Positions 8,692 to 18,590 of a DNA stretch of 64,000 bases are shown piece by piece (position 1 is the stretch's first letter; the number at the start of each line of letters is the position of its first letter). The position numbers and the translations under genes are program-made. Source of the stretch: Clostridia bacterium. GTDB taxonomy: Bacteria > Bacillota > Clostridia > Oscillospirales > Acutalibacteraceae. The DNA is taken from NCBI GenBank assembly GCA_017502085.1, contig JAFVVQ010000037.1, positions 569 to 64,568 on the forward strand, written 5' to 3'. The notes below the pieces were generated by a model. The model was not told the origin of the DNA, made no database searches, and was given only the letters and a program-made list of their open reading frames with translations.

Positions 8692-10842
8692 TTATTTAAA
8701 GAGGGTCAGTGTACCGGCGTCATATTCAAACGGAACAAATCCGTTTTCAAGAGCGGGAGAGTTGGTAGCAAGAGTGAAATCCCGGTTGGCAGCATCCTTA
8801 AATAAGGGGTCGGCAAAGATAGCGTTGTTATAATAACCCTTGCCTATCATTGAGGGAATACCGATGCCGCCGATACCGTGTTTTTTGCCCGAATAGACGT
8901 TTCCGCCCGATTTGTAATCCCAATAGAGGTTAGCATTGTCGATAAACCAGTCCATATCGGTTGTCTGCCAATACATGGGATTCTTTTCGCCGACGATGAT
9001 GTTGTTTTCAAGGTAAAGTGAATTGTGGTCTTCGTTCTTTGTGATTCTGAACTGACCGTCACCGCCAAAGGCGAAAATATTGTTTCGGATCATATTGTCC
9101 TTACCGTAATGCTGATGGAAGAGCTGGGATGAACAATCGTAAACGAGGTTGTTTTCAACGGTCATACCGCTTGAACCTTCGTCAAGATAGATTCCCCATC
9201 CGCCGTAGCCGTATCTGCCTTCGTCGCAGCCGACGTTATAAATAACGTTGCCTGAGATAACGGTGTCGGGCTGAATTCCGAGAGTGTAGATTGCACCCAT
9301 ATCTGAAAGCCAGCCGTTGCCGATATCATAAATGAGGTTATCGCAGATTTTTATGTTGTTGGTTGAATTATCCGAATATCCCCAGTTCCAGCCGACAGAA
9401 ATACCTGTGTACCAACCGTCATGGATTTCGTTGTTTGTCAGGTTGCAGTCGATTGCATGGGTCAGGAGAATACCGATAGCATTGTTGAAAATTCTGCCGT
9501 ATTTATTTATATGGCAGTCTGTAATGTTAATGTTTTTTGTGGTTGCGGGAACAACAAAATCGCCGTGGATGAACACCGCATTTGCACCGATTTCATTGAA
9601 CATACTGCTTGTTACGTTGCAGTTTTCCGATGCCTTGTCAAACTTGACGGCGGAATATGATATATTTTCAAAACGGCAGTCGGTAAAGTTGATACCGGAA
9701 GATGAAGAAATATAAATTGCTGAAGGTACTTCAAATGCCGCCTGCGGATGGTCTGTGCCGTATTCTATGCTGCTGTAAAGGGGATGTGATGCAGGGAAGG
9801 GGATACCCGTATGTGTTCCGTTAACGTGATCCCAGTCTGTGTTGATAAAATCAATACCCCGGAACGCAATGTTTTCTGCGTTTGTGAAAGTGATCAGCTG
9901 GTCTGTAACGCCTGCATAAAGAACGGTGTTGTCAACAGTATCACCGTTTTCGGGGATGTAATAGAGTTTCTGCTCTGTTCTGTCGAGATACCACTCACCG
10001 GGAAGAGAAAGAGCTTCCTTTACGTTTTCGAAAATATAATTGTCTTCAACTCTTATTCTCATTGCAGAAGGCTTGGCTACCTGGATTCTGCCCGTTTCTG
10101 TGTTGACGGAGTGTATCGGCAGAAGGTCATCACGCCAGAAGTGCATGATTCTTACGTCAACGTCAGTGGGGTTTTTGAAATCGATAATATCGTTTTTGTC
10201 AGCATAGAAAGCCAATCCGTGGGTAAAGAAATCGGGAGCATGTGAACCGGGAATTGCTTCATCGGTAAGAGGTTCTCCGAAAACTTTTAAAACACCTGTT
10301 TTGGGATAGTTTGAGCGGGGAAGACGTTTGCTGTCCTTGAAAAGTGAGCGGAAATAATCGCTGTCATTCTCAACGGGAACGTCGGCTACGAATGCTTTTA
10401 CTCCGTTGATTTCGGTTTCACTCCAACCCGAAATTGCCTTTGAGCCTGAAAACTCAACCTTTTCATCGGGATATGAGCGGTAGAGAACGTTGCTCTTGTC
10501 ATCAGCGGTGAAACTGATTGTTTTGTCGATGGAATATGTGCCCTCTCTGAACCATACTGTTACGGTTTTGTCTGTCGGGATATCGGATTTTTTGAGAAGC
10601 TCCTTTGCTCCGTAAAGCGTTTTTAACGGTGAATCGGGAGTGCCTGTATTGGAATCGTCACCCTCGGGTGAAACCATAAGGTCGTATTCTCCGAATTCAA
10701 ATTCGCCTTCGTCAAAGACTGTTTTTTCGGGCGGTTTGACCTCGGGAAATTCGCCGATGATATCAGGCTGACAGAATACCGCACTTATCCACACAAGTAT
10801 TGCAGAGAAGAATGCGGTTATTCTCGTAATTAATGCAGACAT
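8692..10842 (-). CDS. Right-handed parallel beta-helix protein, probable glycoside hydrolase (GH141-like)
   Basis: VSPEGDDSNTGTPDSPLKT, PGEWYLD, PbH1-like repeats, SDMGAIYTLG and GWGIYLDEGSS motifs; hydrophobic N-terminus. Confidence 0.75.
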   Translation of the reverse strand: MSALITRITAFFSAILVWISAVFCQPDIIGEFPEVKPPEKTVFDEGEFEFGEYDLMVSPEGDDSNTGTPDSPLKTLYGAKELLKKSDIPTDKTVTVWFREGTYSIDKTISFTADDKSNVLYRSYPDEKVEFSGSKAISGWSETEINGVKAFVADVPVENDSDYFRSLFKDSKRLPRSNYPKTGVLKVFGEPLTDEAIPGSHAPDFFTHGLAFYADKNDIIDFKNPTDVDVRIMHFWRDDLLPIHSVNTETGRIQVAKPSAMRIRVEDNYIFENVKEALSLPGEWYLDRTEQKLYYIPENGDTVDNTVLYAGVTDQLITFTNAENIAFRGIDFINTDWDHVNGTHTGIPFPASHPLYSSIEYGTDHPQAAFEVPSAIYISSSSGINFTDCRFENISYSAVKFDKASENCNVTSSMFNEIGANAVFIHGDFVVPATTKNINITDCHINKYGRIFNNAIGILLTHAIDCNLTNNEIHDGWYTGISVGWNWGYSDNSTNNIKICDNLIYDIGNGWLSDMGAIYTLGIQPDTVISGNVIYNVGCDEGRYGYGGWGIYLDEGSSGMTVENNLVYDCSSQLFHQHYGKDNMIRNNIFAFGGDGQFRITKNEDHNSLYLENNIIVGEKNPMYWQTTDMDWFIDNANLYWDYKSGGNVYSGKKHGIGGIGIPSMIGKGYYNNAIFADPLFKDAANRDFTLATNSPALENGFVPFEYDAGTLTLFK

Positions 10843-11037
10843 ATAATTCCTCTTTCTGTTTTGTTTTTTATAATAGTATCATATTTATATTTTTATTTCA
10901 ATTGCTGTTGAGGATTATAAGGTGAAAATTTACAAAAAAATATAAAAAAATGCTTTCTATTTAGTTGAAATTGGTATTAAAAATATGATAATATAACTTT
11001 AATATAATTTTAATTATATTTAAAAAGGATGATTGAA

Positions 11038-12366
11038 ATGAATTCTGTCAAGTTTTATCTCGTAACAGATACTCATTATTTCGAGCCTTCTCTCGGCGCG
11101 AGCGGTAAGGCGTTCGAAGAATATATGTCAAGAGAACAATATTTTATGGCGGAGAGCAGTGATATCGTCAGAGTTACGTTCGAAGCCATTGCAAACGATG
11201 AAACTGTCGATACCGTCATTATTCCGGGTGACCTCACAAAAAACGGTGAGCTTGAAAGTCATAAGAGTTTCATAAAGGAGCTTTATAAACTCAAAGATGC
11301 AGGTAAGAAGATTTTCGTTATCACTGCGGGTCACGATTACGGAGAAAAATCCAGAGCATTCGTCAATGATGAGTGCATTGACGTTGACGGCACACCATTT
11401 GAGATTCTGCGTGATATGTATACGGATTTCGGCTATTCTAAAGCGCTTGACGTTGACGGACCGACACTTTCATACATTGCCGAAATTGCGCCTCAGGTCA
11501 GACTTCTTGCAATTAACTGCGACAGCAAAGGCAACCCGAAGGGTGAGGTTGACGACAGACTCGGTGAATGGATAAAAGCTCAGCTTGATCAGGCGAAAAA
11601 AGACGGTTGCTCCGTTTTTGCAATGTGTCATTATCCGCTTATTCCTTCCGTGCCTGTTTTTGACCTTGTAGGGGATGCCAAGCTTAAAAACTGGCGTGAA
11701 ACCGCAACTCTTCTTGCTGATAACGGCGTGGAATTTATTCTGACGGGTCATATGCACATTCAGAGCGTCAATGAATATGTTACCGAAAAGGGGAACAGAA
11801 TAGTCGATATCTGCACAGCCTGTCTTGTCGGCAGCCCCGCAAAATACAGAAAAATCACAGTCGAAGGCAATGAACTTAAGGTTGAATCGCTCGATACTCC
11901 CGAATTCAGAGCGGAAACAAACGGTGAAAACCTTCAGGAATATTTTGATAAGCAGTTTGCCCGATCAATTCAGAACCGTATTCTCGGCGCACTCAGCGGC
12001 GGAAAGGGTGCGGTCGGGTTATTCAAAAAGCTCGGCAGAAAAATCGTCGGAAGCATTACCGTCGGAGGCCTCGGCAGACTTCTGTGGATTAAAGTTGACA
12101 AGAGTCTCAGAAAACAGAAGTTCCTCGATTTTGCGGGCAATGTAGGTGTTGCGATATTCAAAGGTGACAGACCCTACGGCAAGGATACCGCAGTCGGTGA
12201 CTTTATCGCAAGGGTGCTGAAAAGATTCGGCTTTGTTATAAGAATGGTTGAACCGAAGCTTTCAAAAAACGGTGTCAGCGTTGACCTGACCGATATGCTT
12301 CTCAAAACGGTTTCAACCGAAACGGGTTATTCGGATAACAACACGACGGTTATTCTCAGAAATTGA
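11038..12366 (+). CDS. Calcineurin-like metallophosphoesterase with basic/amphipathic C-terminal extension
   Basis: TDTH, GDLT, AGHD (variant of GNHD), CHYP and GHMH motifs. Confidence 0.85.
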   Translation: MNSVKFYLVTDTHYFEPSLGASGKAFEEYMSREQYFMAESSDIVRVTFEAIANDETVDTVIIPGDLTKNGELESHKSFIKELYKLKDAGKKIFVITAGHDYGEKSRAFVNDECIDVDGTPFEILRDMYTDFGYSKALDVDGPTLSYIAEIAPQVRLLAINCDSKGNPKGEVDDRLGEWIKAQLDQAKKDGCSVFAMCHYPLIPSVPVFDLVGDAKLKNWRETATLLADNGVEFILTGHMHIQSVNEYVTEKGNRIVDICTACLVGSPAKYRKITVEGNELKVESLDTPEFRAETNGENLQEYFDKQFARSIQNRILGALSGGKGAVGLFKKLGRKIVGSITVGGLGRLLWIKVDKSLRKQKFLDFAGNVGVAIFKGDRPYGKDTAVGDFIARVLKRFGFVIRMVEPKLSKNGVSVDLTDMLLKTVSTETGYSDNNTTVILRN

Positions 12367-12378
12367 CGGGGTGAAAAT

Positions 12379-13752
12379 ATGAAAAAATATGACGTTGTAA
12401 TTGTCGGTGCTTCGACTGCCGGCAGTTATTTTGCAAGAAGAATGGCGGAAAAAGGTTTTTCCGTTCTTCTTATAGAAAAATATAAAAGAGAAAACCTCAG
12501 CCCTGCCTACGATATTTTCCATATGGGTAAGGACGATATGGAATTGTTCGGTTTGCCGAAGGTAAAGGAGGGCGACGGTATTTATGCCTTTGAATTCTCC
12601 GAATCCGCAATCTGTTCGGTATTCGGCAATCATCCCAAGCCGTCGAGTCTTGCGGTTGTCGGTATGCATAAGCATAAATACTGCGTGCTGATGAACGATT
12701 GGGCAGTTGAAGCGGGTGCTGATATTATATATGAAGCCACGTTCAAGGGTCTTGTTTATAATGAATGCGGCAAAATCAACGGTGTCACCTATGAAAAAGA
12801 CGGTGTTGAGGAAACTGTCTTCTGCCGGCTTGTTGCCGATTGCTCGGGTATCCCCGCAGTTGTCAGACGCAGTCTGCCCGATGATTACGGCATTGAAAAA
12901 TTCGCACTCACTCCGAAGGATATCTTCTACGTAACGCTGCGTTATATTGATTTTGAAGAAAAGCGAAGCAGTCGCTACCTGCGTTCGGATTTCTGGCTTT
13001 ACTTCAAATCGTGGCTTGCTCCGAGTGAGGGCAGTGATGCTCTCATCGGTATGGGTGCGTGCGGCGGATTTGAACAGGTGGAGAAAGTCTACAAGCTCTT
13101 CGAAAAGACCGTCAGGCTTCCTGCACATAAAGTGACCCGAATCGAAAAAGGTATGACTCCTTATCACAGAGCACCATATTCGTTTGTTTCCGATGGCTTT
13201 GTTGCAATGGGTGATGCCGCCTGTATCACGAAACCAAACTGCGGCGAGGGTTGTACCGCATCGCTTGTGCTCGAGGATATTGCGGTTGATGTTGCTTCTG
13301 CGGTTATGGCTGACGGAGGATATCCCACAAAGGAAAAGCTCTGGAGCATCAACAAGCGTTATAACAACACTCAGGGCAAGGAGTTTGCAAGTCTGATGGC
13401 ATTGCTCGGCTCAATTATCCGCCACAGTGCCAAGGCTAACGAATTCCTTTTCAAAAATGACGTTGTTTTCAGCCGTAAACTTCTCGGCGGCATGGGTAAC
13501 GGTATTGAACTGAGTGTGGGCGACTATGCGAAGACTTTGATATATATCATCATCGGTCTTGTGACGGGCAATATCAGACCCGCCGAGCTTAAGGCGGTTA
13601 TTGATGCAATTGTGACGAGCGGTAAGCTGACTGCACATTACGAAAAATATCCCGAAACACCCGAAGGTTACGAAGCCTGGGCAAAAGAGGCTGAAATTCT
13701 CTGGGCAAAGACGGGAAAGGTTGCCGAATGGGATTCGGTTGATAATTTTTAA
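12379..13752 (+). CDS. FAD-dependent oxidoreductase, geranylgeranyl-reductase/FixC family
   Basis: YDVVIVGASTAG Rossmann start, VADCSG, GDAACITKPNCGEG (family pattern GDAA-x4-P-x2-GxG). Confidence 0.75.
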   Translation: MKKYDVVIVGASTAGSYFARRMAEKGFSVLLIEKYKRENLSPAYDIFHMGKDDMELFGLPKVKEGDGIYAFEFSESAICSVFGNHPKPSSLAVVGMHKHKYCVLMNDWAVEAGADIIYEATFKGLVYNECGKINGVTYEKDGVEETVFCRLVADCSGIPAVVRRSLPDDYGIEKFALTPKDIFYVTLRYIDFEEKRSSRYLRSDFWLYFKSWLAPSEGSDALIGMGACGGFEQVEKVYKLFEKTVRLPAHKVTRIEKGMTPYHRAPYSFVSDGFVAMGDAACITKPNCGEGCTASLVLEDIAVDVASAVMADGGYPTKEKLWSINKRYNNTQGKEFASLMALLGSIIRHSAKANEFLFKNDVVFSRKLLGGMGNGIELSVGDYAKTLIYIIIGLVTGNIRPAELKAVIDAIVTSGKLTAHYEKYPETPEGYEAWAKEAEILWAKTGKVAEWDSVDNF

Positions 13753-13768
13753 AAAGGAGGCGGTATGA

Positions 13769-15025
13769 ATGAATATGAAAAAGGCGGTTTCCGTTATGCT
13801 TGTTTTCGCAATGCTTTTTTCAACATTTGGTCTGGCATTCACCTCATCGGCTGAGTCGTCAGAGCCTCAGGGTGGTTTCACCGATGAAGATTTTCTCAGA
13901 ACAAAAGGCAGAAAGCTTGTTAACCGCAAGGGTGAAAAAATCATTCTCAAGGGCGTTAATCTCGGCTCGTGGATGATATGGGAGGATTGGCTCTGCCCAT
14001 ATGAGCAGGCAACCGACCATTATGACGTTATCACAAAGCTTACGGACAGATTCGGTGAAGAAAAGGCATATGAACTTTTCGATACCTTTATGGATAACTG
14101 GATAACCGAAAAGGATCTTGACGATATCAAGGCTATGGGATTCAACAGTGTGCGTGTTCCGTTCTGGTTCAGAAATTTCTATTATGACGATAACGGCAGA
14201 AAGATTTTTGATGAAAACGGTAAATGGGATTTAAGCCGTCTGGAATGGATCGTTGAGGAGTGTTCTGAACGCAGACTCTATGTTGTTCTCGATATGCACG
14301 GTGCGGTCGGTTATCAGAGCGATGCACCGCACAGCGGCAAAAAAGGCTCATGCGGTCTTTATGACGATACAGAGCAGGGCGAAAGATACCGAGAGCTTAC
14401 CGACGAGCTCTGGAGGGAGATCGCAACCCGTTTCAAGGGAAATCCCGCCGTTGCAATGTATGACCTTCTCAACGAGCCTATGTGCGAGGTGCCGGGCAGT
14501 GAATTTGACCGCAGAAAAAACAATGCTTTTATTTATGACCGTCTCTATGATACGGTGAGAGCCGTTGACGGTGAGCATATCATCACAATGGAATGCATCT
14601 GGTCTGCACTTGCGCTTCCTCAGGCATTTATGAAGGGCTGGAAAAACGTCGTTTATCAGGTGCATCTTTATGATACCACAAGCGAATCCTTTAACTTTAT
14701 GGCGCTTCTTCCCTGGCTTGTATTCTTTGACGTGCCGATGATGATGGGTGAATTCTTCCCTCACGGCACAAACACCTGGGAAAACAGTTTCAGAACTCTT
14801 GAAAGACTCGGTTACAGTTGGTTTTTATGGACCTATAAGGCATCAGGTCACGGAATGTGGGAAAGCAACTGGTGTCTGCGCGGCAGTAAAGACGGCTTTG
14901 AAAGAGCAAAAATCGAAACAGACAGCTATGAAGAAATTGCACGCAAATGGGGTGAATGTATCCGCACGGAAAACGGTTTTCAGGATAGCGGACATTATGA
15001 AAGAAACGTCAAGGATCATCTTTGA
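13769..15025 (+). CDS. Glycoside hydrolase family 5, secreted
   Basis: Sec signal peptide; GVNLGSW, FNSVRVP, LDMHG, LNEP (acid/base), HLY, MGEF (nucleophile), WTYK. Confidence 0.9.
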   Translation: MNMKKAVSVMLVFAMLFSTFGLAFTSSAESSEPQGGFTDEDFLRTKGRKLVNRKGEKIILKGVNLGSWMIWEDWLCPYEQATDHYDVITKLTDRFGEEKAYELFDTFMDNWITEKDLDDIKAMGFNSVRVPFWFRNFYYDDNGRKIFDENGKWDLSRLEWIVEECSERRLYVVLDMHGAVGYQSDAPHSGKKGSCGLYDDTEQGERYRELTDELWREIATRFKGNPAVAMYDLLNEPMCEVPGSEFDRRKNNAFIYDRLYDTVRAVDGEHIITMECIWSALALPQAFMKGWKNVVYQVHLYDTTSESFNFMALLPWLVFFDVPMMMGEFFPHGTNTWENSFRTLERLGYSWFLWTYKASGHGMWESNWCLRGSKDGFERAKIETDSYEEIARKWGECIRTENGFQDSGHYERNVKDHL

Positions 15026-15052
15026 TAACCTATAACTGACAGGAGGATCGAT

Positions 15053-15646
15053 ATGAAAAAGATAATTACAATCAGCCGTGAATTCGGTGGCGGCGGCAGA
15101 ACAATCGGTAAGCGCCTTGCAGAGGAACTCGGCGTGCCTTGCTACGACAGTGAAATTATTGAAAAAGTTGCAATTGAAAGCGGCTTTGCAGAGGAATATA
15201 TCAAGGATAAGGGCGAATATACCTATCCGAGTCTTCTGATGGGTCTCCTTATGAGCAGAAGCCTTTATACAGGTCCGAGTAACGAGGATAAAATCTGGCT
15301 CATCCAGTGCAAGATAATAAAGGAACTTGCCGAAAAAGGACCTTGTGTCATCGTCGGCAGATGTGCAGACTATATTCTGCGAGAGAGAGACGACGTTATG
15401 AAAGTTTTCATCCATGCGGATATCAAGGCAAGAGCGAAGAGAATCGTTGAGGTCTACGGCGAGACAGATGAAGATCCCATCAAAAGACTCAGGGATAAGG
15501 ATAAGCGCAGGGCAGCATATTATACGCAGTATACGGATATAGTGTGGGGCGCGAGCCGAAACTATGACGTCTGCCTTGACAGCTCGGTTATCGGCATCGA
15601 TAGATGTGTTTCCGTTCTCAAGGAAATTGCGCTTGAAACAGAATAA
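15053..15646 (+). CDS. Cytidylate kinase-like family protein
   Basis: ITISREFGGGGRTIG, CVIVGRCADYIL, DKRRAAYY, YDVCLDSS. Confidence 0.88.
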   Translation: MKKIITISREFGGGGRTIGKRLAEELGVPCYDSEIIEKVAIESGFAEEYIKDKGEYTYPSLLMGLLMSRSLYTGPSNEDKIWLIQCKIIKELAEKGPCVIVGRCADYILRERDDVMKVFIHADIKARAKRIVEVYGETDEDPIKRLRDKDKRRAAYYTQYTDIVWGASRNYDVCLDSSVIGIDRCVSVLKEIALETE

Positions 15647-15655
15647 AATTCAGTG

Positions 15656-15687
15656 AGACCCTCGTTTTTTTCGGGGGTCTTGATTTT
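15656..15687 (+). terminator. Probable intrinsic terminator
   Basis: AGACCCTCG / CGGGGGTCT stem followed by TGATTTT. Confidence 0.6.
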
Positions 15688-15701
15688 AAGGTAGTGATAA
15701 A

Positions 15702-18425
15702 ATGAAATACAGTCTGATTTCATTCATCAGAAAAGCGGTTGCGGCAATTGTTTCTGCAGTAATGGCATTTATCGGTATGCTTTTTCCTCAGGATAAAGCG
15801 CCTGACCGACCTGACGCAAATTCCGTAACTGAATACAATGTCTCATCGGCAGATTACAGCCTTGATATAAATGCAGGTAACAGGCTTTATGATATCAGCG
15901 ATCTGCTTTTCGGAATATTTTTTGAGGATATCAACTTTGCGGCAGACGGCGGACTTTATGCCGAAAAGGTAGTCAACCGTTCGTTCGAATTCACCGACGT
16001 TGCGCTTGGGGATTCGCTTTTCGGATGGAGTGCGGTCAACGGTGCGTTGCTGACAGTCAATGAAAAAGCCGACGATATGCTCAACGAGAATAATCCGAAT
16101 TATCTTGTAATCCGCAATACGCAGAATATTTTTGCCGGTGCATCAAACCGAGGTTTTCTCGACGGAATGTCCGTTGAGGCCGGAGAAAAATATAATATTT
16201 CTTTCTATGCCAAAGGAATTGACGGTTATCAGGGTAAGGTATATATAAGGATTCTCTGCGGAGATAAAGTTCTGGGTGAGGGAGAAATTTCCTCGCTAAA
16301 TCCCGAATGGAGCAAATATGAACTTTCATTGATTCCGTCGGAAACCGCTTTTCGGAATGTCAGTCTTGCGGTGCTTATTGACGGCGGTGCGGCGGCGTTC
16401 GATATGATTTCGATGTTCCCCGAAAACACCTTCAAAAACCGTGAAAACGGTATGCGTAAAGATCTCGGAGAAATGCTTGAGGCACTTGAACCGAGATTTC
16501 TGCGATTTCCCGGCGGATGCATCATCGAAGGCTATGATGCCGAAACCGCCTATAACTGGAAGGATTCCGTCGGTGTCGGCAGAAACGGTGAGCCGCTTGA
16601 ATTCGGCGGCAGATACGGTGACGTTGCCGCAAGAAAGCAGGGCACCAACCTTTGGACAAACCTTGCCGCAACCGACGATCCTCATCCGAGCTTTATGACC
16701 TACGGACTCGGCTTTTATGAATACTTTCTTCTTGCAGAGGATATAGGCGCAATCGGTGTACCTGTCATCAACTGCGGACTTTACTGTCAGATGAGGGGTA
16801 TGGGTCCCGTAGAAATGTATACTCCCGAATTTGAACGGTATCTTCAGGATATGCTTGATCTTGTTGAGTTCTGCAGAGGCTCTGCGGATACGGAATGGGG
16901 CAAGGTGAGAGCGTCACTCGGTCACGAAGAACCGTTTGAACTTCCTTATATCTGCATCGGAAACGAGAATGAGGGCGAAGTGTATTTTGAGCGTTATCAG
17001 GCATTTCTCGATACATTCAACAAGGCAAAGGCTGAAAATCCCACGTTGTATGAGGGTATTGAACTGATTTATTCCTCGGGTGCTTTCGATGCAACTCACG
17101 GTGAGAATTATCTGGCATCTTATGAATATGCAAAAGACCGGATCGGTGACGGATCTGCCTCGGATTTTGCGGGTGCAACCGACCAGCATTATTATAATGA
17201 GCCTGAATGGTTCCTGAAAAATGCAGATTACTATGATGCCGAAAACTACAGCAGAGACGTTGACGGTATGACCGATACGGTCTATGGCGGCGGACTCAAG
17301 GTTTTTCTCGGAGAATATGCGGCAAGGTCGAATACCCTTCGTGCGGCACTTGCAGAGGCGGCATATATGACGGGACTTGAAAGAAACGGCGATATTGTCA
17401 GAATGGCGGCATACGCACCGCTTTTCGGCAATCTGACGGCAACCCACTGGTCTCCCGACCTTATCTGGTTCAACAACCACCAGGTGACCGGATCAATCAG
17501 CTATTACATTCAGAAACTTTTCTCAACGAATGCGGGAGCAACTTTGCTTGAGTCTGAGCTTAAGGGTGCGAAGGTTGAACAAACACCGTTGACGGGCAGA
17601 GTCGGTGTCGGTGCGTGGTATACGACTGCGGCTTTCGATAACGTGCTCGTGACAGATAACTCAAGCGGAAAAACGCTTTATAAAGACGGCTTCGGAGTCA
17701 ATACCTTTGCGTGGAACTGGAGCAAAGAAAACGCAGGTGAATTCTCCGTTGACGGCGGCAGACTCATAAATGACGCAACTGAAATGCCGTACAGTCTGAC
17801 GGGCTCGGTTGCCTATACGGGTTACGACGAATGGACCGACTACACCTTTACCGTTGATGCAACGAAGATAAACGGTAACGAAGGCTTCATTATTCCGTTC
17901 GCTGTCAAAGACAGAGATAACTGCTGGTTCTGGAATATCGGCGGATGGGATAACACGGTTTCTTGCCTTCAGCAGATTGAAAACGGAGTAAAATCCGGCA
18001 GAATCATCGGCACCGTCAGACCGTTTGCCGCAGAAGAAGGCAGAACTTATCAGCTGAAAGTGACGGTCAGCGGCACTTCGGTAAGGTGCTATATCGACGG
18101 TGAGCTTTATATCGATTATGATACAGGCTCAAAGGCTGAAGCACAAGCGTATCACGTTGTCAGCACAGATGAATCGGGTGACGTGATTGTCAAAATCGTC
18201 AACGTCACCGATTCGAAGAAAACTCTTGCACTCAACGTTGACAATGCGGATGTTTCTTCGTCTGCGAAGGTGTATCAGGTGGCGGGCGACAGCCTTGCAA
18301 ACGATAATATTCTTGGTCAACCCGAGGATTGTATAATTGAAGAATTTACCGTCAATGGTATCGGCAACAGTTTCAATTACACCGTTCCTGCGTATTCAGC
18401 AACAGTTATCAGGCTTCATAAATAA
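15702..18425 (+). CDS. Alpha-L-arabinofuranosidase, GH51, exported, with inserted beta-sandwich domain
   Basis: GIFFEDINFAADGGLYAE, LRFPGGC, IGNEN, DQHYY, GEYA, ERNGDIVRMAAYAPLF. Confidence 0.9.
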   Translation: MKYSLISFIRKAVAAIVSAVMAFIGMLFPQDKAPDRPDANSVTEYNVSSADYSLDINAGNRLYDISDLLFGIFFEDINFAADGGLYAEKVVNRSFEFTDVALGDSLFGWSAVNGALLTVNEKADDMLNENNPNYLVIRNTQNIFAGASNRGFLDGMSVEAGEKYNISFYAKGIDGYQGKVYIRILCGDKVLGEGEISSLNPEWSKYELSLIPSETAFRNVSLAVLIDGGAAAFDMISMFPENTFKNRENGMRKDLGEMLEALEPRFLRFPGGCIIEGYDAETAYNWKDSVGVGRNGEPLEFGGRYGDVAARKQGTNLWTNLAATDDPHPSFMTYGLGFYEYFLLAEDIGAIGVPVINCGLYCQMRGMGPVEMYTPEFERYLQDMLDLVEFCRGSADTEWGKVRASLGHEEPFELPYICIGNENEGEVYFERYQAFLDTFNKAKAENPTLYEGIELIYSSGAFDATHGENYLASYEYAKDRIGDGSASDFAGATDQHYYNEPEWFLKNADYYDAENYSRDVDGMTDTVYGGGLKVFLGEYAARSNTLRAALAEAAYMTGLERNGDIVRMAAYAPLFGNLTATHWSPDLIWFNNHQVTGSISYYIQKLFSTNAGATLLESELKGAKVEQTPLTGRVGVGAWYTTAAFDNVLVTDNSSGKTLYKDGFGVNTFAWNWSKENAGEFSVDGGRLINDATEMPYSLTGSVAYTGYDEWTDYTFTVDATKINGNEGFIIPFAVKDRDNCWFWNIGGWDNTVSCLQQIENGVKSGRIIGTVRPFAAEEGRTYQLKVTVSGTSVRCYIDGELYIDYDTGSKAEAQAYHVVSTDESGDVIVKIVNVTDSKKTLALNVDNADVSSSAKVYQVAGDSLANDNILGQPEDCIIEEFTVNGIGNSFNYTVPAYSATVIRLHK

Positions 18426-18431
18426 TTTTCT

Positions 18432-18466
18432 GCGGCGTACCGCCTGTCAGGGTACGCCGCTTTTTT
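18432..18466 (+). terminator. Intrinsic terminator after GH51
   Basis: GCGGCGTACC / GGTACGCCGC followed by TTTTTT. Confidence 0.88.
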
Positions 18467-18491
18467 GCCGGAAGAATATTTTTAATACATA

Positions 18492-18520
18492 TTGACAAAA
18501 TCAAAATCATAGTATATTAT
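18492..18520 (+). promoter_or_regulatory. Sigma-A promoter
   Basis: TTGACA(18492)-17 bp-TATTAT(18515). Confidence 0.7.
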
Positions 18521-18590
18521 TAAAATAAACAATGAAAGATACCGAAAGTGAAAATCTTTCGTTAAAATTAAACAGAAAAGGGTGATTTTT

